A stretch of 64,000 nt of DNA, taken from NCBI GenBank assembly GCA_951406725.2, contig OX597832.1:20894001-20958000 (forward strand), given 5' to 3'. The position numbers and the translations under genes are program-made. Source of the stretch: Octopus vulgaris (taxonomy: Eukaryota). Below are positions 57,020-64,000 of this stretch, in pieces. The notes beneath the pieces were generated by a model that had not been told where the DNA came from, did not search any database, and worked only from the letters and a program-made list of their open reading frames with translations. Position 1 is the first letter of the stretch, and each line of letters begins with the position of its first letter.

Positions 57020-57720
57020 TAATTTTATTATTATTTTTATTATCTCTTTATCACAGGTTTTGTAGGAGCTCCTGGAATATTGAACGCGTTACAGGGTTCT
57101 ACCTACAGCCTACGGTTACATGCTATTCGTTCTTTTCAGCTACCTAATACTTTCCTAATCACTTTGGCCGTACCAAGGAGGCAAACGTTTTGTAACAGTT
57201 CTACTGGGCACTCTATTCCAATTTCCTTTATATTCCTCTTGATACATTCTGATACTGTTCTCAAGGAACCAACAATAATTGGCACTATTTTCACCGTCTT
57301 CATTTTCCATAGCCGGGCTATTTCGTACTTAAGAGGATTGTATCTATCATTTCGCCTTCCTTTTTGACTATTCGTGGATCAAAGGGGCATGCAACGTCAA
57401 CTATATAGCATATGTGGTGCACCTTGTCCACCAATCGGTCCTGTCTATTATGCTCTAGCACGTGATCCATTTCATTTGGAAAATCCCAGACGATTTTGCT
57501 AGTCTCCGACTCTTCCACTCCCTGCAGTTTATGCTCATACTACGTCTTGCCTCTCCCTAGCACCCACTTTTCGCACAGTTTCTAATGTAGTACTTTTGCT
57601 ACCTGGTCGTGTCGCCACAACTTGTAGTGGTTTTCGGTAAGTCTAGGGTATTTATTAGGGACATGGGCAATGGTTTCATCTACACTGTAGTAGATGTGGC
57701 ACAGCGGTGAGACTTGCCAC
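57020..57720 (-). mobile_element. Decayed R4/Dong-like non-LTR retrotransposon 3' fragment (zinc knuckle and restriction-like endonuclease)
   Basis: Minus strand, with stops and frameshifts: SPLC..DETIAHV..YKLWRHDQVAKVLH*KLCEK..YEH..KIVWDF..EHNRQD..CYIVDVACPFDPRIVKKE..KYEIARLWKMKTVKIVPIIVGSL..LLGTAKVIRKVLGS* (stop 57136-57138). A short 3' UTR ends in a degenerate (TAA)n at about 57020-57045. Confidence 0.85.
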
Positions 57721-57721
57721 A

Positions 57722-58112
57722 TTCTTAACTGAATGGAAATGTTATCATGTACATTGTTTTGTCTTGGTAAAAAAGATAGGCTACAGCAAAGTTTGAATAA
57801 TTTATCTCCGGAGACATAAGTGTTTCATTCAACGTCCTTAAACAATCCTTATTCAGGGACTTTTTCAACGGGATGGGCTACTCAACCTGACGAAAATTTT
57901 AACTGGGCTCCATCTGCAAGGTCATGCGTTGTCTATCTTGATATGAGGTCACCATGTCACGTACATATGGTTTTCGTGCATGTGCCTGGTGTACCCTTAT
58001 CAAACGGGTTGTCATGAGGGGTATACTTGGTTTCGTATATTTGTACCTCAGTGACAATTTTATGGCATGCGTTGCTCTCTCACTCAATAATAATAATAAT
58101 AATAATAATAAT
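57722..58112 (+). mobile_element. Probable retroposon 3'-end fragment ending in (AAT)n
   Basis: Complex non-coding sequence ending CTCTCTCACTC(AAT)n, head-to-head with the RLE fragment. Recalled as an abundant octopus repeat; not verifiable here. Confidence 0.45.
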
Positions 58113-58275
58113 TAGAATAAGGGTTTCAAATTTTGACACAAGGCCAGCAATTTGGGGGAGGGGTTAGTCGATAACGTCGATCCTAGTACTCAAGTGGTTG
58201 TTATGTTATCGACCCCGAAGAGATGAAATGAATAAATAATAAATAGAAACAGGAACAGCATAACAAGAACAGCAA

Positions 58276-58343
<68 letters not shown>

Positions 58344-58734
58344 TGTTCAGCAGTATGTTCTGGAAACATGAAATGAAAGAATTGAAGAAGAAACTTGCTT
58401 CGACATTGAAAACCTTTTGCGGTTATCATTTCCAATATGTCGGCCATATTTCTTATCACTAATAATCTGAAACCGATATTTTCGGTATTATATCAGAATG
58501 AACTTATAGGAAAAATAAGAGAGACAGAGAGAGAAACAGATAGACAGAGTGAGAGAGGGAAAGGGAAAAATCAATTAATTTTCTGAACTATTTCATTGCA
58601 ATTTCTTATCCCAGTTCTTTTAATTATGTTGAATATACCACGCTTCAGTGAACCATTAGAATTAGGAAATTTAAACACCGTAAACCTCTCTATTTTATTA
58701 CGCATTGCCATTAAGTAATTATTTGAGATGGAGC

Positions 58735-58772
58735 CGTTTCTTTGGCGGGAAATTGGCTAATGGCGCCAAGGA
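58735..58772. promoter_or_regulatory. Compact E2F / CCAAT / E2F-like motif cluster
   Basis: TTTGGCGGGAAA at 58741-58752, ATTGG at 58752-58756, TGGCGCCAA at 58761-58769. Confidence 0.3.
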
Positions 58773-58889
58773 ATATTTTCATCGTATATAGAATACAATG
58801 GCATGAAAATAAATTCATTTTTCATAGCCAACTTTACTGGCACCACAATGGGGGAAAGAAAAGAGATATAAAAAATAAAATGACAACTA

Positions 58890-58957
<68 letters not shown>

Positions 58958-59196
58958 TAATAATGAGGATGTTGATGATGATGATGATGATGATGATGAT
59001 AATAATAATAGATAGATATAAGAAGTGACGTAAAATTGAAATTATTCCTAATACCATGTTGCGAAGGATATAATCAGTTCCATGAGATAAAATATATTTA
59101 TATACAGCAAAAGCCCCGCATAGTAAAAACCAATGAATAAATTTTAAATATTTTGTGAGACGGAGTTATGAGTGCACTGATTGTTGTCGGTTGGCT

Positions 59197-59269
<73 letters not shown>

Positions 59270-60636
59270 CAGCAGTAGTAGTAGTAGTAGTAGTAGTAGT
59301 TGTACCTGTGCTCTTATTTTTTCACTGTCTACCATTACTTGTTAGTGTATACGCATTTGTGTATGAGTGTGTATTTGCCAGCGTGCATATATAAATATAT
59401 ATATATATATATATAATACGTACATATATGCATATATTTATGTATGAATATATGTATATGTATGTATTTATATATATATATATATATAATGCGTATATAT
59501 ATATATACATATATTTATGTATGAAATATATATATATATATATACATACATATATATATGTATATATGTATATATATATAAGTACATATGTATATGTGTA
59601 TATGTGTATATGTGTATGTATATTTATATAAATTTATATACACTTGTATTTGTATGTATATATATATATTTACATATTAACATTAACATATATATGTATA
59701 GATAATTGTATATCAAATATGAGTATATATATTCATATTTATATATTTACACACATGCATACGTACGTATATAAATACATACATATGTGTATGTACATAA
59801 GTATATGCATATACATATATGTACATCGAATATAGTTCTCGCACCGTATGTCTATATGCGTGGGCATGTTTTTGTGTCTATGTGTCTGTGTGTGTGTGTA
59901 ACTAAGCGGATCTAAAAGAAAATAGCTCAAAATTGGCCAGTGGCATCAATTTGGATAACAAAGCGAAGTGAGTGTAATGGATGCCGTACGCGATAAATTT
60001 TGCTTTTATTCAAATTTTCCTGACGGCCAGAGAAGTAATACAAATGCCTAGCAACATTTGATATTAAATCTGAATGAAAATGGGAGAATATCCTCAACGA
60101 ACAAAAATAAATTGAAAACTGAATTCACATACAAAGTAAATGTTAACCCTCGCCTCCCAAGCAGTAAAGATATTTCTTTCGGAGTTTATGCATAACCATG
60201 GACAGATGTTTCGTCTTCTGTTTGGTCTCATCGTTTTGTTTCTATTTCGAATCTGATCAGTTTTAGATCACCTAGTTATATATGAAATCAATTGATGGGT
60301 TCTATTCTTCCTGCAGAGGCTTTTGAATAATTAGCACTAAAACAAAAGACAATAATACAGTGAATTATGTAGCTTGAAGGTCTGATGTATCAATGTGAAA
60401 GAGAAATATACAGGAAACACTTCGCGATCATTTCTTTCTCTATTAAAGCTTTTACAGTTAGAGAAGTGAATAATATTGCTACACTCAATGGTTAGCAACG
60501 CTAAATTCAAGGACGAGATTATTTCATGAAATGAAAATAATTTCAATATTGAGTTGAAAGAAATGGAAGAAGTGGCACTTTTCTGAGTTATCCTTTATTC
60601 TCATTTGAACATGTTAAAGTTTCATGGTTTATAGCG

Positions 60637-60680
<44 letters not shown>

Positions 60681-60689
60681 TATATATAC

Positions 60690-60877
60690 TCTTTACTCTT
60701 TTGCTAGTTTCACTCATTTGGCTGTGGCCATGCTGGAGCACCTCCTTTAGTCGAGCAAGGACTTCTTTTTGTAAAGCCTAGTATTATCGCGCGAAGTGCA
60801 AAGTGACGGGGACATAAACACACCAGCATCGGTTGTCAAGCGATGTTGGTTGGGGGACAAATACGGACACACAAACT

Positions 60878-60945
<68 letters not shown>

Positions 60946-61040
60946 CGACGGTCTTCTTTCAATTTCCGTCTACCAAATCCACTCACAACGCTGTGTTGTT
61001 CGTAAGCAAGGTACTTACCACACAGCCACTCCTACGCCTA
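60690..61040 (-). mobile_element. SINE family A, internally deleted
   Basis: GGCCATGCTGGAGCACC..CCAGCATCGGTTGTCAAGC..CTTACCACACAGCCACTCCTACGCC. Confidence 0.8.
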
Positions 61041-61115
61041 TGTGTATATATGTGTGTGTGTATATATATATCGGATTTGCAATCTTATTATGCTAAGGCA
61101 ATACTTAAATAAAGG

Positions 61116-61150
<35 letters not shown>

Positions 61151-61279
61151 TTTATAAGTATGTATGTATATACTACGATGAGTGAATATAGCAATTAAGT
61201 ACTACATTTGATGCAGAAAGTCTTAGCATCTGCATTATATATTTAACTATGTTATATAAGTTTACCATATCAGCTATGG

Positions 61280-61680
61280 CAGCGTGGCACCTTGGGCAAA
61301 AGTACTCTACTATAGCCTCGGGCCGACCAAAGCCTTGTGAGTGGATTTGGTAGAAGGAAGCTGAAATAAGTCCGTCGTACATATATATATATATACACAC
61401 ACATGTGTGTTTGTATATGTATGTGCATGTGTGTATGTATGTGCATGTGTACGTGTGTGTCTTTGTGTCTGTGTTTGTACCATTTCCCAAACGCTTGACA
61501 ACAGGCGTTGGTGTGTTTATGTCCCCATAACTTAGCGGTTCAGCAAAAACACCGTTATAATAGGCACATGGCTTTAAAAAATAAGTGCCGAGGTCGATTC
61601 ACTCAACTAAACTTCATAGCACTGCTCCAGCATGACTGCAGTCTAGCGAGTAAAACAAGTGAAAGTTGAACAATGAAAGA
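61280..61680 (+). mobile_element. SINE family A, 5'-truncated
   Basis: GCGTGGCACCTTGGGCAA..GGCCGACCAAAGCCTTGTGAGTGGATTTGG..CTCCAGCATGACTGCAGTC. Confidence 0.82.
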
Positions 61681-61699
61681 TAAACGAATAACAGTCACG

Positions 61700-62220
61700 T
61701 GGGCAAGTTGGCAGAAATGTTAGAGCGTTCGGAATAATGCACGACGTTATTTCTTCCGACTAGGCTCAATTTCTACTGAAGTTAAATTTGCTACGTGTTA
61801 CCAGCCTAATATTCTTTTCTTCTCTAGGCACAAGGTTCGAAATTTTGGGGGAGGGGGCCAGTCGATTAGAGCGACGCCGGTACGCAACTTAATTTATCGA
61901 CACCGAAATGATGAACGGTAAAGTCGACAAGAGGTTAAACATAGAGGGGACAAACAAGGACAGACAAAAGGATTAAGTCGATTATATCGACCCAAGTGCG
62001 TAACTGGTACTTATTTAATCGACCCCGAAAGGATGAAAGGCAAAGTCGATCCCGGCGGAATTTGAACTCAGAACATAGCGGCAGACGAAATACGGCTAAG
62101 CATTTCGCCCGGCGTGCTAACGTTTCTGCCGGTTTCCCGCCTTGGTTACCAGCCTAATATTATAGTCGATGATATCGACTAAGCTACCTATCCTCAAAAT
62201 TTCTAGCCTTATGTTTAAAT
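61700..62220. mobile_element. Nested SINE family B: old plus copy interrupted by a minus composite insert (61814-62144) with 17-bp target-site duplication
   Basis: GTTACCAGCCTAATATT at 61797-61813 and 62145-62161. Confidence 0.8.
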
Positions 62221-62601
62221 CGGTAACTCACAAATAATCATAAACAGAACCTGGTTGGTACGTACTTAAAGCAAATTCGGAAATACAGGAGGAAAACCAC
62301 AGATATAAGAATGCTAAATCTACAGGTTCTGTGGCTCGAACGAATAAGGTTGAGGATTTAGTTGTAAGCTGTAACAGAAAACGAAAGTATTCTTTTATTC
62401 ATTTATTCTTTTATATGTTTCAACTCTGAGTCCGTGGGCATGCTGGGGCACCGCGTGTGAGGTATATTTAATATAAATTATAGTGTTCAAAGTAGAACGA
62501 ATCTTTATTTGTTATTTAAAGAATAATTGAATAAACCTAAAAGTAGAGCAGGACCTACTTAGGAAAATATTAATAGCGTATTGGCAAAAACAAACACATT
62601 C

Positions 62602-62677
<76 letters not shown>

Positions 62678-63238
62678 ATAGTGTACATTTAAGCAGAAGA
62701 GAAACTACCTTTAACATGTAGTTTTACATGCTAGAAGAAGCAGTCAAAACGACCGAAACCACATTTACGAGCAATTTCAAAGGGAATGAAAACTAAAAAC
62801 TGTTACGCTATTGCAATTATATGCATGTATATATATATGTGAGTATGAATGTATGTGTATGTATGTATATATTATATTTAAAGCGCATAAGTGTATATAA
62901 ATACATATAGACCTATGAGTGCGTCCGTTTGTGTATGCGTGCGACTTGAGACTATGGGTGTCCTAACGTTTTTGAAGATACATGATTTTTTTCTGATTTC
63001 GTTTGACGAGCACAGAATAAAACGAGGGTAAAATGAGATACACGTACAAAAACAAAAAAAAAAAACAAGCGAAAAAAACACAACCAAAGCAAATTATGTG
63101 TAGGTGGGGCGGATAAGACAATTTTAAAAAACGTACACGCAAATAGTCATCAGTGCTGATTTTGTTGCGTTTGGAAACATGTAAATACAAACCATAGAGA
63201 ATAGGCAACAGGAGCGGCAGGAAGTTACTTGTAGGCTC

Positions 63239-63313
<75 letters not shown>

Positions 63314-63345
63314 CACGCACACATATTTATATATACATACATTAT

Positions 63346-63379
<34 letters not shown>

Positions 63380-64000
63380 GTAGTATATATGTATAAATAT
63401 ACATATATGTATGCATATATATATATATATATATATATATGTATACATATATATATATATGTATACATGTATATATACATATATATGTATATATATACTA
63501 TACGTATATAAACATGTATATATATATGCATAATTATATACATATACATATATATGTATGTATATATGCATACACACACATATATATATAGATATATACG
63601 TATATTCATATATGTATATATGTATGTATAAATAGATTCATACACACTCACACATATATATATATGCATGTATAAGAGTATATGTATGTGTGTATGTATA
63701 TATATATATATGTGTGTGTGCGCCCGCGCGCGCGTGTGTGTTTCTGTGTGTGTTTGAGCCAAAGGAATACTAACAAGTCTAAAAGCTAATCAATGTCTGT
63801 TTTATCTCTCAATATACGTCCTGGCAATTGAATAGAACTTGGTATATAGAACACACTTTTTTTGCAGAGGTGCGAAGGTAGTCTCGAGGGTGGATGCTCC
63901 ATGCGTATCTGCAAATGCTTCTACTAATGTACAAACACGAATGCATGAAAATGGTATTTTATTCCACGAATTCATACATACGTGTGTTCGTTCGCCTGTA

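Overview
Eukaryotic, AT-rich, almost entirely non-coding DNA with very dense microsatellites ((TA)n, (GATA)n, (CA)n, (CAT)n, (AAT)n, (GAA)n). The repeat families look like those of a coleoid cephalopod, most likely Octopus (inference from recall of its SINEs; not searched). No host protein-coding gene can be supported; nearly all track ORFs are microsatellite translations. Supported features: (i) two tRNA-derived SINE families with about 30 copies; (ii) the 3' part of a Penelope-like element with a GIY-YIG endonuclease; (iii) an L1/Tx1-type LINE 3' fragment plus three short 3'-end copies, all at (GATA)n tracts; (iv) two decayed R4/Dong-type restriction-like endonuclease LINE fragments; (v) a mariner MITE. 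The most striking signal is a set of seven minimal type-I hammerhead-ribozyme folds. Six have palindromic (dimer-type) stem III. Their catalytic cores vary: canonical C3-G8, compensatory U3-A8 and G3-C8, and U4C, A6U and G8A variants. One lies just downstream of the GIY-YIG ORF. Other highlights are a SINE subfamily that shares its 3' tail with the (GATA)n-associated Tx1-like LINE, an inverted local templated insertion with a 7-bp junction duplication, and motif-dense promoter-like islands.
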